The notes under the pieces are model-generated. The model had not been told where the DNA came from. It saw nothing but the letters and a program-made list of their open reading frames with translations, and did no database searches. DNA of 64,000 nucleotides from Felis catus (taxonomy: Eukaryota). Positions 27,051-41,300 of this stretch are shown piece by piece (the first letter of the stretch is position 1; every line of letters begins with the position of its first letter). Location of the stretch: contig NC_058368.1 of the NCBI RefSeq assembly GCF_018350175.1, positions 123,196,001 through 123,260,000 on the forward strand. Reading direction: 5' to 3'. Made by a program: the position numbers and the translations under genes.

Positions 27051-29034
27051 ATTTGTATTTTTTTAGAGAGAGAGAGTGCAAGTGGAGAAGAGGGGCAGAG
27101 AGAGAGAGAAAGAGAATCTTAAGCGGGTTCCATGCTCGACATGGAGCATGATGTGGGGCTTGATCCCATGACCATGGGATCATGACCTGAGCAGAAATCA
27201 AGAGTCTCAACTGACTGAGCCACTGAGGCACCCCTGCTCAATTCTTCTTTATGTATCTCACAGTATCTAGCCCAGAATAATATTTGAGTTGAATTGAAGG
27301 TTTTCTAATGAACTAAGTAATAGTAATCTTATACTCCAGATAATACGTGACCTTAAAAAGTCCCTAAAAAACATCTTGGCTAATGTTGACCTTCTATATC
27401 ACCGTTTTTATGTATCTGCTATGTTTGGGGGCGTTGTATCATAGGTTTTATAGGGGTAATGTAGAGGAAGTTTTCCAATATTTAGTTACCGGATTCTTAA
27501 ATCCACCCTCACTTGGCAGGAGCTGTGCAGTGAATACCGTAACTATGTGAGAAATGGACGACTTCCCTGCACCAGAGAGAACGACCCCATTGAGGGCCCA
27601 GATGGAAAAATGCATGGCAATACATGCTCCATGTGTGAGGCCTTTTTGTGAGTAGAACCACAGCCACTGCTGCTGAGTGTGAGAGAAGATAGGCCTGGGA
27701 CAGGCAAGGGAGGTGATTTTGAAGGTTTTCTCTAGGAGGTAGATATGGAAGCTATCTTTGCATTATTTTCAAGGATTTACAATTAAAAAGCCATATCCTT
27801 AGCACATTTCTTTGAGGTGTTCTCAGTGTTCTAAACTGTACTTGAATTGTTCCAGGGAGTACTATGTGCTAAGGGCAAAGTCCCCCAGAGTTAATGGCAT
27901 ACAAGGACTGAGAAATCTGTTCTCTGCTTACATACTACCATTAATAATCCAAAGATGTGATCCTTAGGTGCTAACAAATGGAACATTTGCCAACATCTAG
28001 TAAATATTTTCAAGCATCCTCATTGCTTTCTGGGGAGAAGAACCATATCTTTATTTTCCAGAAAAATGTAGTGGTAAATTTGCTTACTGGTTTGCTATGA
28101 CATGTGTGTCTTATTCTTTAAGCAACATTAAACACAGAAAACAATATGGACAGGTGTGTGTTTACTCTCCTACTCCCAAGCTAAGTTGGTAGAGGTATGG
28201 AGGTAATGGGATATTTCTATCTAGAGAGAGTTCCCATTTAGGATAACATGTACTGGGTACTAGGAATGATTCTTCTCCCTCCCCCTCCTGCAGCCAGCAA
28301 GAAGCAAAAGAAAAAGAAGAAGCTGAATCCAAAGCAAAAGCTAAGAGAGAAGCTGAAAAGGTAGTTGTCCTGGAAGTTTAATACCACACTAAAAGATGAG
28401 GTTTTATAGTTTTTCTGTAAAAATAACATGCAATTACTGAAAGCCTGTGTCAGAGAACTCAAGGTTCATCGAGTCTAGGAATTGATACAATTTTCTTTAA
28501 GGATCAAATAGTAGATATTTTAGGTTGTGGCCATCCAGTCTCTGTCACAACTCTGCTGTTGTAGCTGTAAAGCAGCCGTAGATGATATGCAGACAAATGG
28601 GCATGGCTATGTTCGAATAAAACTTTATTTATTTAAGGAGGTGGTGGGCCAGATTTTGCTTACAGGCCATAGTTGACAAACATATGATTTACTTCATTCC
28701 CAAGTTTTAAATGAAGGTTTAAAATGCAGAGAGAAGGAAGAACTTGCTTACAAAGGCAGTGGGACAATTGGTATCTGAATCCACATCATATTTCAAAGTA
28801 CTCACAGTTAAAAAATGGAAACAAAAGGGACGCCTGGGTGGCGCAGTCGGTTAAGCGTCCGACTTCAGCCAGGTCACGATCTCATGGTCCGGGAGTTCGA
28901 GCCCCGCGTCGGGCTCTGGGCTGATGGCTCGGAGCCTGGAGCCTGTTTCCGATTCTGTGTCTCCCTCTCTCTGCCCCTCCCCCGTTCATGCTCTGTCTCT
29001 CTCTGTCCCAAAAATAAATGTTGAAAAAAAAAAG

Positions 29035-29068
<34 letters not shown>

Positions 29069-32000
29069 AAACAAAAGAATTGAAACCTAGACCTCTGGAC
29101 ACCAAATCTAGCATTACTCCTAACCCACCATGTAGTTTTCGATGACCACATTTGGTGAAATCAGTTGTTTTCCTTGCTTTACCTTTATTTCTGGTGACAG
29201 CATTTGGGGGAAAATAAAAATAGTACATTGGGTACACTAGGATAATCTAGGATAACATTTTCTTGGCTTCAAAAAGACTGATTCCAAGTATATTTTTTCA
29301 AATTTGTGGTCATTTCCTTGCCCCCATCAAAACCAGTCTTATGTGTGATTGCAGATTCAGTCTGGATTTGGGGGTTACACCTCAAGGAAAAAGGAAGAGA
29401 AACCTCTTTTTAAATTGTGTGTGTTTAGGGGAGGGTGGGTGATGGGTATTGAGGAGGGCACCTTTTGGAATGAGCACTGGGTGTTGTATGGAAACCAATT
29501 TGACAATAAACTTCATATATTGAAGAAAAAGAAAGAAAAAAATAAATAAATCGTATGTGTTTAGTAGGAATTGATTGAAAAATTCAATCGCCAGGAAAAA
29601 ATATATCTATAGGTCATTTTTTGTTGTTTCTAGGAAGCACTTAGTAGGAACCCAACAAAGTAATTTGTAAGAAAATACCCCTACTCTTGCCCTTTCTCCT
29701 CCTTTAGGATACATGTAGTGAATTTCGGAGCCTTTTGCAAAATGGAAATCTTTTCTGCACACGAGAAAACGATCCCGTGCGTGGCCCAGATGGCAAGACC
29801 CACGGCAACAAGTGTGCCATGTGTAAAGCTGTCTTGTGAGTACACAAATGAAGCCCCTGCTGTGAGCTGGCAGATATGGTGGAAGGCAAAGAGCCAGGAT
29901 AATAATATACATTGTGTTTGTCCTTTCTTCACATATAAAAGGAGCAAATCATTATCTGTAGAGCATTTTTAGGCAAATCTTCCTCTATAAAGGCCAAGAT
30001 TTACAATTCTAGATATAGACAATATATCTAGGTTGTTATATTCTCTCTTAGTTCTGGGGTAGAGCCTACCTATTAATAGATCACGACATCTTTCTTGGTA
30101 AAATTTTAGGTCCTTTGCTGTCAAATGGATCCCTTCTCTAGATTATAATTACCACTGGGAATATAATACACATATTTTGCTATCAGTCTAACTCTTCTAC
30201 CTACATTTTTTAAAATATCACATTTTTCACAGAATGAAAATAAATTCTTTATACAAAGCTCAGAAGTACACATAAAATATTTAACTCATTTAATAGCCAT
30301 TTATTATCTACAATGTACAATGTGAATAATGATTGTTCATAGATGGACTAAATAATCTCAGAAATCATATAGTTGACTAAAGATTAGACATGGGTACAAG
30401 TTAATAAAATATGAGGGAGAAACTGCTAAATGAAAAATGATGTGTACAGTGTATTCTGGTACTTCAGGGAAGAGAGAGTTAATAGGAAGTTTTATGGGGG
30501 AATAGAACTGGTCTTTATAATTTGGATAAGATATGAACTGTACAGGAAGGAATGAGAGGGGCAGAAGGCAACAGCATGGGTAAAGCTCTGAAATTAAGAA
30601 AACAGTAATCTGAACAACAAAGAGCAAGTCATGTAGTTTAGTTAGAACTTAGCCACTTTGCTGGCTTTGAATGCCAGATCAAGGATTTTGAAGTTAATGC
30701 TATACATAGTGGGAAGCTGCTAACATTTTTGGGGTAAGAGAGTAAGTGGCATAAATATGGTTCCTTTGGGAAGATTCATACATCAACAATAAAAAGGGGG
30801 GGGGGAAGAGAAGGAAAAGACTAAGATTCAGAATGCTACTGGTGATGGTAGGGGTTTGCAGGAATCCAGGAGCCACTAGATCTCATCAGAGCCAGAGGAA
30901 TAAGAGGGAAGGTGAATGGATCAACATGGGAGATGTGAAAACAGTGTCACAGTGTCAACAGCCATGGGGGCTGTGGGGAAGGGGACAGAGATGGCTCTAG
31001 TGTTTTCTTCTTCATGAAAGGTAGAGAATCCAGGAGCAAGGACACATTTGGTGGAGGAGGTAGTTCTTGTTGGACCTCTTGAATATGAGGTGTTTGAGAA
31101 GAATCCAGCTGGAGAGTCACAGTGAGCGTTTAGGAAGTGGTAGTAAACTGCTCACGTGGCCTTGCTTGTGTTTGTGTACATGTTGGTTTTCCTCTACAGT
31201 AGTGAGAGCTCTTCTAGGCAGAAGGACTCCATGTAATTCGTCTTTCTATTTTCAAAGGAGGGCCTGCAACATAGTGGATGTTCAGTAAATGCTGGTGGAT
31301 TCTGTACAAATCTATTTGGGTCACACGATGAGCAACTCACAGAAATGGGCTCCGCTCTCTGTAATCTGTTATTCCGTACTTCCCCCTTTCTAATTTCCAG
31401 CCAGAAAGAAGATGAAGAAAGAAAGAGAAAAGAAGAGGAAGATCAGAGAAACGCTGCGGGGCATAGTTCCCATGGTGGTGGTGGCGGAGGAGGGAAAGAG
31501 CAGGTGAGAGGACCTCTAATTTCCACGACCAGGGTGGACGCAAGTATCTGACAAGAGCACCATGGCAGAGCCTGGCATAAAGGGGAATGAATGTCAGGCT
31601 GAGTTTGAAAGCATTCTCTGAAGGACAGAGGAGTTTCCCCTTGAAACTGCAGGGTAATATCTCAGCAAATTTTAGTCTCTCTATGGCTCGTTTTGATTTC
31701 TTTAACCCTGGAAATAATTAACATGATGACCTCATCCCAGTCTCCTGACCCCTTTTTATATAGTGTAGCTCTCAGGCCATTAATTGATCATAAGAGTGTT
31801 AGGTGGTATAAACATGGAGATATTCCTCAGCAGCATCACATGCTCTTTATTTTCTTCTATTATTCTCTTTCCTTCAATAGGCTCACTTTTTCAGGGCACT
31901 TTTCTGTTGATCCAAGGCAGCATAATATGGTGAAAGAGCATGGTTTTCAGAACCACATAGTTTGGGGTAGACCCTGCAACCCATTATGCAGCATTGAATA

Positions 32001-33863
32001 AATTACTTCATGTCGCTGAACTCTAGCTTCTCTTATCTAGCAGTACTCTTACAGGGACAAAATAAAATAATTTAGGCAAGTTTTTAGCACATTTGCTGAG
32101 ACATTTTTAAGAGTCAGAATGACAGTGTTGCCTATAAACCCAGTCCTTGGGCCTGTGAACACTACTGCATAAGATTACAGCTGCTTGATTTCACTTCTTA
32201 TGACCTCAGGATATCAAGATCCTCTCTTTGCTTCCAGATCTGACACAGGCCTGACATACGTCTTTGATAAATTCTGGCTATTCTGTTTTTCTATCTTTTC
32301 TCCTTAAGGAGGCTACATCCTCACTCTCAAGAATGAGCACTCAAAAGTCCCCTGTTTGTCTTCTCTACAGTTGTCTTGAGCCTGTCTTCCTTAGCATTTT
32401 GTATAACTTTGTACTTTCTTCCAGCAATTCTTTCTCCCTTCTGTCTACACCAGAGGTCAGCTTTTTTTTTTTTTCTTCTGTAAAAGGCCAGATAGCAAAT
32501 ATTTTAGGCATTGTGAGTCATATGGACTCTGTTTCTCCTATTCCATTCTGACATTGTGGGAAAGCAGCCATAAATATATCTAAATGAATGAGTTGAGGGT
32601 GTGTTTCAAGTTTTGATTTGTAAAACCCCCATATATAAGAACAGCTGGATAGATTAGTCTTATAGGCTATAGTTTGCTGACCCTTCATCTGTGCTATTAA
32701 ATCCCAGCCAGCTTTATAATTTCCTTGTGTAGAACCTTAGAAGCAACATCATTAACTATGACAACTGACCTCTGAGAATATGGGTGATTCCAGTCCCTCT
32801 TTCTCTGTAGATAGCAGTGCTGGACATTGTAATAACAGAAACTCAAATCGTTTAATGAACTTAACAATGCAACAAACCAAGTAATCCAAGAGACCTACTC
32901 TCCTCTCCTTTTTCAGGACCAATGTGCAGAGTTTCGGGGAAAGATGCAAAACGGAAAACTCACCTGTACTCGGGAGCGTGATCCTGTACGTGACGCTGAT
33001 GGCAAGTCATACAACAATAAATGTACCATGTGCAAGGAGATACTGTAAGTACTTCTTACAGCTGGCAGTCTCAAAGATAGTCCCCAGTTCCTCCTGAATG
33101 ACTAGCTATTTCTCATTTACTTATAGCTCCCTCCTGAAAAATTATTTTTGTTAATTCCCAAGTATTATCTCTTTCCCTTATATCCCATGAGAAACAGTGA
33201 GCATTAGCAATGGCAACTAATCATTGTCTGATTCCTAGTCTGTTTTCTCTCATAATTCTGTGACCTGCAATTGCCATCATGATAGAGCACTTCTCTTTAG
33301 AACATATAATGCCTAAGTCCTGTGGAGAGTTCACGAAGGTCATTTGGAATAGTTGACCAGCATAGTTTAAGAGGATTGTTTCTTGCCGTGTGTGTGGAAC
33401 ACATTTATTGCATAATCCAGAGTGTTTCTTCTGTGTGTTTTCCCATGGTGAGTGTACTGAATTGGAGTGCTTTCTGATCCAACTCAGCCACTCTTGATTT
33501 GTGTTACTGGGTCAAGGAGCATAACCACCCTTGTACACGGAGATAGTTTTCTGGGTGACCTTGATACGTACTCATAGTTTTAAAATTTGATGCATATATC
33601 ATAATGATATTAATTATGACACTTAATTGATATGAATTTAATAAGTATTTAATGCTTCTCCACACATACATCTTTTTCACCTTTCTCCTTGAAAAGAAAT
33701 TACTGTCTTGTGATAGTGTAGACCATGTGAGAAAATCTGATTAGTTCAAATGTTGCATTTTACAGATGAGAAAAACTGAAATTTTTCTTTTTTTAACTTT
33801 TTTATTTTGAGAGAGACAGAGACAGTGTGAGTAGGGGACAGACAGAGCGGGGCTGGGAGAGAA

Positions 33864-33916
<53 letters not shown>

Positions 33917-36900
33917 CCCAAGCAGGCTCTGCACCATCAGCACAGAGCCTAATGCGGGGCTTGAACTCACGAAACCATGAGATCATCACCTGAGCCGAAA
34001 CCGAGAGTCAGACGCTTAACCGACTGAGCCACCCAGGCACCCCTGAAATTTTTTTAACTTCAGGGTCTCATGGGGAAGTGACTTCAGAGCCGAAATCAGA
34101 ATCCAGTTCCTCTGAGTACTAGCCTAATATTTATTCACATTATGAAAATTTGTCAGTAGAAGCAGGGCAGTAGAGTAGAGCAGTGCTAGGGTTTTAGCAT
34201 CAGATAATTTCAGCTTCATGTTCTGGACAGGTTATTCCACTTTCCTAGGCTTCCATCTGCTCATATTTATAACGGTGGTAGAGGCAACAATAATCATCAT
34301 AGCCACTAGTGTTTGTTTTGAAAGGTAAATGAAAAGAACCAGGTAAAACTCTCTACACAGTGCCTTGCACAAAGAAGGCATTCAATAAATGTGAATTGTC
34401 ACTATTAATGCCATCAGTAGTGTCCAGTAAATAATAGGCATCAGCATGAATAGTAGTAAATAATAACTAATGTTACGATTTCCTGCACTACACTGTGTTG
34501 TCCTTTTGCACAACTTCTACTTTGCAGATATGACTAACATAACTGAGAGAGCATTTCACTTAGGACTTTGCTTCTTTTTGCCACATATATTAATAGATAA
34601 TTTTGTTAAGGAACAAATGACGATTCTCCAATGCAAAAAATGTATAAGATAAAATTTTGCCAATGTAATCATTGTTATCTATATTATAAGATACTCATCT
34701 GGAGTATTTAACAAAACACAACATAGATGGAATATTTTTTACAATCTTTAGAAATCACTCATCTGACAATGAATGGTTTTTGACTGTCTGCATTGTAACA
34801 GGCACTGGTCATGGACAAGCATTCTTCATGTGAACAAGACAAAGTTCCTGCCATGTAATTATAATGTAATATAGAACAGACAAGTTATAAATAAATAAAC
34901 AAATAACTACATAGCACAGGGCTAGATGGCAATATGGAAAATAAAGCAGAGTAAGGCAACATAAGGGGATTGCAGTTGCTGCTTTATTTATGGTGTTCAG
35001 GGAAAGCCTGATGTGTGAGGGACACCCGTAAAGAGTAAGTGAAGTGAACCATGTGGACATCTAGAGGAAGAAAGTTTCAGGCAGAGCAAGAACCAGTGAA
35101 AACTTTTCAAGATGTAAAATTACCAAGCTGAAAAACAGAAAGGAGGTCAGCATGTCTCAAAATTATTGCATAGAAGATTGCAGAAAATGAATATGGGGAC
35201 ATTAAATAAGGCTTTTTTAGGCCAAGAGAAGGATATTGGATTTTATTCCATGTGTGATCAGAGGTCACTGGAGGCTTTTGATCAGAGCCATGATTATCCC
35301 TCGAGTGGCATTAAACTGAATCATTACAGTACCCTCTTCATCCAATAGTACTTGATTAAAATTTCATGACTTTATATTTGTTTGAATCTTCAGGATCTAT
35401 TTTATTGCCACTTCCCTATTTCTTATACATGCAAAGGGAACTCCCTAAAAAGAATATATATATATATATATATGTATATATGTTATTTACATACATACAC
35501 ATGTTGTTTTGTGTACAACACCAAATGAAACTTGGAAAGAAAAGTAAATGTACTAGATCTTGAGCCAACTGCATCAGAATGACCTGGCTTGTTGAAAATC
35601 AGGCTACAGAGTCCCAGTCTAGATCTTGTCAGTAAACCTGTTGGGATAGTCAGTGGATCTGGATTTTTTAAAATTTCACAGGTGTTTCTTAATGTGCATG
35701 AAAACTTAGAGACCACTGGCATAAATATTTTATCAGAAAAGAGTTTAAAAAAAAAAAAACATGATCCTAAGGTATTTTCTAGATTACTTATCTTCTTTCT
35801 ATCTTGGGTTCCATACTTTAAAAACTAATACCCTAATGGGTTGATCTACAAGTCAAGGCACTAGACTGGTGAATTGGTGAGGTATTAAAAACCACGACGT
35901 AGCATGAAAAGATGAGGACACTGGTCCTGAGACTTGAAACTTGCCTCTAACTATCTGATGAGTTAATATCGAGAAGAGCTAATGGGTTCAGCAAACTCGT
36001 TCTGTGTTGTCCTGGGATTGTGAAGACCAAAGGACGAAAGTTAAAGGTAAATTTGGACACAAATAAAGGAGACTTTGAAATTACTTGAGTTTGTCTACCT
36101 AGAATACCTACCTACCCTATAGACCCTGTGATGAGGAAGCTTCTTAATAACCAAGCTGACTCTCAGCTTTGAGGATGCACAGAGATTCTCTGTGAAGGAA
36201 ATGTAGGATATGAACTCTAAGGCTCCTTCCAAACCTGAGTTTCTACTAACAGGATGACTATTGACTCTTGTCTCTTTCAGAGAAAGAGAAGCAGAGGAAA
36301 ATAAGCACTCTGACTATAGATCAAATGAGACTCAATCAGCATCAGAAAAGGTGAGTCACTAACTAGATTTTGATAAAAATGGTCTTTCTGTAAGTCAACA
36401 CTTGGCTATCAAAAGTACAGAAAGGGAATGTCAATGTTGCCAACTAAGATCTTTGCCCTAAGAAGGTCAGAAGCCATCATAAACGTCAGTATTGCTGATA
36501 ACTTGTTCAGTGTGGAAATTTCATGCCAAACGGAAATCTTTCAGTCTAACAGATTACAAAGCACTCTTATAAATCGTAGTTTATTTAATTCTCTCAACAA
36601 CCTGATCAAATACATTTTTTTAACCTTATTTTATAGATGGGGAGAATGAGGCTCAGCTGCTGTAACAAATTGCTATCGACAGTGGCTTGAAACAGCACAG
36701 ATGCATTATCTTATATTTCTGGAGTTCAGAAGTCCTAAGAGGATCTCACACTGTGTTAAAACTAAGGTGTCAGTAGGGCTGCGTTTCTTTGTGGAGGCTG
36801 TAGAGAAGATCTGTTTCGTTGCCTTTTCTAACTTCTGGAGGCTTCCTGCATTGGCTCATGGCCACCTTTAAACGGAGCGGTGTCCACTTGAATCATTTTC

Positions 36901-38319
36901 ACGCGGCCTCACTCTGATATTGACTTCCCTGCCTCCCTCTTTCACTCCTGAGAACCTTTGTGATCACTCTGAGCCACACAGATAATTTAGGATAATCTGT
37001 CACCATTTTAAGGTCTGCTGATTAGCAATCTTAATTCTATCTTCCACCTTAATTTTTCCTTGCCATGTAAGGTAGCATATTTATAGGTTCCAGGAATTAG
37101 AATCTGGTCGTGTTTGTAGGTCATTTATATTGCCTCCCAGCAAGGTTAAGTGGCTTCCTGACTCTTGAGTCAAAATCTTCAGACTTTCAAGCCCAATCAA
37201 ATACTACGTGAAAATAGTCATTTCCAATATCATCTTTCCTTATTTTTAGGATACGTGTGACGAGTTTAGAAGCCAAATGAAAAATGGACAACTTATCTGC
37301 ACCCGAGAAAGTGACCCTGTTCGGGGTCCAGATGGCAAAACACACGGCAATAAATGTGCCATGTGTAAGGACAAACTGTGAGTATTTTCCAAAAATGGGG
37401 CTTTAATTGTGAATATTACAGTATAATAACCGTTTCTCCTTTCTCATCAGTTTGAGAAAATGACTTTTTTTTTAAAACAGATCAGGGCGCCTGGGTGGCT
37501 TAGTCAGTTAAGCATCTGACTTTGGCTCAAGTAATGATTTTGTGTCTCATAAGTTCGAGGCCTGCATCAGGCTCTGTGCTAACAACTCAGGGCCTGAAGC
37601 CTGCTTCGTGTTCCATGACTCTCTCTTTCTGCTCCTTCTCCACTCATGCTCTGTTTATCTCTCTTGCTCAAAAATAAATAAACATTAAAAAAATGTTTTT
37701 TAATGAAAAAAATAAAACTGATCTTATTACTAATGAGGTGTTTGTTCACTCTGCTGAAATGTTTTTGTTTTTGTTTTTTCCCCCATTTTTTTCTTCAAGG
37801 GAAAGGGAAGCAGCTGAAAAAAAAAAGAAAGAGGAGGACAACATGAGAAACACAGGGGAAAACAGCAATGAAAACCAGGTAGTGTGTGTTAGACATACTA
37901 ACACTTAAAGCTGGATGCTTGATTGTAAGGTTAATTCTTTCAACAAATATTGATGGAATGCCAACTGAACCCACTCATTGTGGGCATAATGATAAACAGG
38001 AAACCATGGCCAGATGTGGCAAAGAAATAGCATGTGAACCAGTGCCCTAAAAGCAACTCTGATGCACTTAACCACCTGTTTGCAGGACCAGTGACAAGTG
38101 TCAAGTTTTGGTTGTTATCAAGGGGATTTCTTCTCTGAGGTTTTAAAACAAACAAATAAACAAACAATTAAGCAAACAGACACCAAAATTACAAACAAGA
38201 AAGCAAATATCAAAAACTTGGAGCTCTGATGATAAATTCTTGACTTGGTGGTCCAGTGTCATCTTGTATTCAATTTGGGCTTTAAATTTTTTTTTTAATT
38301 TTTTTAATGTTTACTCATT

Positions 38320-38365
<46 letters not shown>

Positions 38366-41300
38366 TGCTAGTGGGGGAGGGGCAGAGAAAGAGGGAGACC
38401 CAGACTCACTGAAGTCTGAAGCAGACTCCAGGCTCTGAGCTGTCAGCACAGAGCCCACTGCAGGGCTCAAACCCACAAACCGTGAGATCATGACCTGAGC
38501 CAAAATCAGATCCTTAACCAACTGAGCCACACATGTGCCCCCAATTTGGGCTTTAAAAATAATGTTCAAGGAGCAATGGGGTGTCTCAGTCGGTTAAGCA
38601 TCAGACTCTTTATTTCAACTCAGGTCATGATCTCCTGTTTTGTGAGTTTGCGCCCCATGTCTCTGTCTCTGTCTCTGTCTCTCTGTCTCTCTCTCTCAAA
38701 AATAAACATTAAAAAAATAATAGAAAAAACAATGTTCAGTGCTTTATAATACTAACACATAGACTGTGACACAGCACAATCTCCTCCAATCCATCTATGG
38801 ACTCCAATTAGAAAAGAGAAATTGTGAAGTTTCCCCAGGGAAGTTTTCCCATTAATGAGGGAACTTTTCATTAGGTCTATACTGACTTACAAAATGAGCC
38901 ATGAATAGTAATTTTCATTTTTTAAAAATATGTTGGGCATATGCATTTTGGTAAATGAATGGGCTTGAGAAAAGATTTTGTTATCCAACTCTAAATGATC
39001 TCTTTGGGCCATCTATTCTATTTGTAATCCTGGTCAATGTTTTTCTTTTTTTAATTATCTATTTTAGAAATTTCAAACAAAAAATACTCTCTACATTCAT
39101 ATATGAAAAAATATCCAGACATTGTCTGTGTGTGTTTTGTGGCAAAAAGAGAACTATGGTCTTACCTACAAATGCAAAGTAAAATTTTTCACAGAACACA
39201 TGCATCATCATATAAACCAGCCCAGTAGAAACTTTTGGTTCTAGAATAAATGTCATGGGGATATAAAGTACACATGGGAGTTATAGTCAGTAACAATGTA
39301 TTAACTTTATATGGTAACAGATGGTAACTAGATTTATTGTGATGACCATTTTGCAAAGTATGCAAGTGCCAAATCACTATGTTGTATACCTGAAACTAGT
39401 ATAATATTGTACGTCAGTTATACCTCCTTAAAAAAACTAATAAACAAGCCTTCCCAAAATCAATGCAGTAGGCGGTACTGTTGCAATTTTTCAGTTGAGA
39501 AAAACTCAAGGGAAGTTAACTACACAGAGGTAATAAATAGAAAAGCCGGAGATTGCACCCATAAAGCAAAGATTGCAATATGGTGCTATCATAAACATAT
39601 AAGTGTGTGGCATTTGGAGTGTATGGAAAAGGAAATAATTCCAGCAACTCCCAAAAATGATGGCTGTGAGATATTTAGTATTTGGATCAAGTATTCAATT
39701 CCAGAGGACTTTTTTACTGCTGCAATTAAAAGTAGTTCTGGAGGGGTGCCTGGGTGGCGCAGTCGGTTAAGCGCCGACTTCAGCCAGGTCACGATCTCGC
39801 GGTCCGTGAGTTCGAGCCCCGCGTCGGGCTCTGGGCTGATGGCTCGGAGCCTGGAGCCTGTTTCCAATTCTGTGTCTCCCTCTCTCTCTGCCCCTCCCCC
39901 ATTCATGCTCTGTCTCTGTCTGTCCCAAAAATAAATAAAAAACGTTGAAAAAAGAATTTTTTTTAAAAAGTAGTTCTGGAGTTGTTCATGGGTATCACAC
40001 TTTAAAGAAAGAAGGTTAACTATCATCTAGGTTACTAGCGGTGTCTTTCAAGGGCATCTTCCCATATCTCTACTTTGGCTCTTTGAACTTACAAATTTCT
40101 GTAGATGTCCAAAAATTTCCAGATCCTTTGGACTCCGTTCCATTGCCTTTTTTTTAAGGTTCTTATTTTTCAATGAATGTACAAAGCCACATTACCTTCT
40201 TACAAGGGCTTAGGAGTTTTATTCTCTGCCAGGTGAAAGCCCAGAAGACGGGAAAGCTTGTTAACAGATTTCTGAACACGATTCCAATGTTGACTTTAAT
40301 TACTTCATCACTTTGAGCCTTATTTTCTCATCTGTAAAATGAGGATAATGAATGTTTATCTTCTAGGTTTTTTTATGACAACCAAAGGAAATCCACTAGA
40401 GCACACAACAAAATGCCTGGCATATGATAATACAGACTTGATTTTTGCCAAGAGAGCTTCTTTCAGTTCATTCCAGGGCTTTTGTATGTGTGGAGTATTA
40501 CGTAGAGGTGCAGGGAGACAGGTGTAGCACTCAGCCTGCTGCAAATTGTGTTAACACACTACAGGCTGCCTGACACAGTAGTAAAATTCCACTGGGATGC
40601 TATGGAGAGGATTCTAACTTCATAAGCAGATATTGAATAAAGTTCCTTTGAAACACATTCCATCTCCAACATTTTGTTGTCTCTAGATTTTTATTTCCCC
40701 CCTTAAGTATTATAAGTTTATATCTCGCAAGTTACACTTAAAGTTTTAGAGATCAGGGGCGCCTGGGTGGCTTAGTCGGTTGAGCGTTCGACTTTGGCTC
40801 AGGTCATGATTTCACGGTTTGTGAGTTCGAGCCCTGCATCTGGCTCTGTGCTGACAGCTCAGAGCCTGGAACCTGCTTTGGATTCTGTGTCTCCCTCTCT
40901 CTCTGCCCCTACCCTGATTGTGCTCTGTCTCTCTCCATCTCTCAAAAATGAATAAACATTAGAAAATTTTTTTTTAAGTTTTAGAGATCAGACTATCATG
41001 GTAACATCTCTTTTTTCCTCAGGATCGATGCCATGAATTCCGGAACATGGTGAAAGAGAGAAAGCTTATCTGCACAAGAGAAAATAACCCTGTTCGAGGC
41101 CCCGATGGCAAGATGCACGTCAACAAGTGTGCTATGTGTCAGAGCGTCTTGTACGTGAAGAGGTTTATCAATCACTTTGGCACGTTGTGCTCATTTGTGA
41201 GGAGATAGTTATTTTTTTGTAATTTTTTTTGTCTCTTTTTTAATATTTATTTTTGAGAGAGAGAGAGTGAGTCAGGGAAGTGCAGAAAGAGAGGGGGTCA

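Noticed and set aside
15792..27647. Recent gene conversion between D6 and D9 (39 of 43 aa identical)
   Set aside because: The exons differ at 16 of 128 nt, mostly synonymous, which fits old duplication plus purifying selection.
28291..28297. Tandem CAGCCAG acceptors (also at exons 16 and 22)
   Set aside because: They arise from Gln codons at linker starts; the distal AG would shift the frame and nothing indicates it is used.
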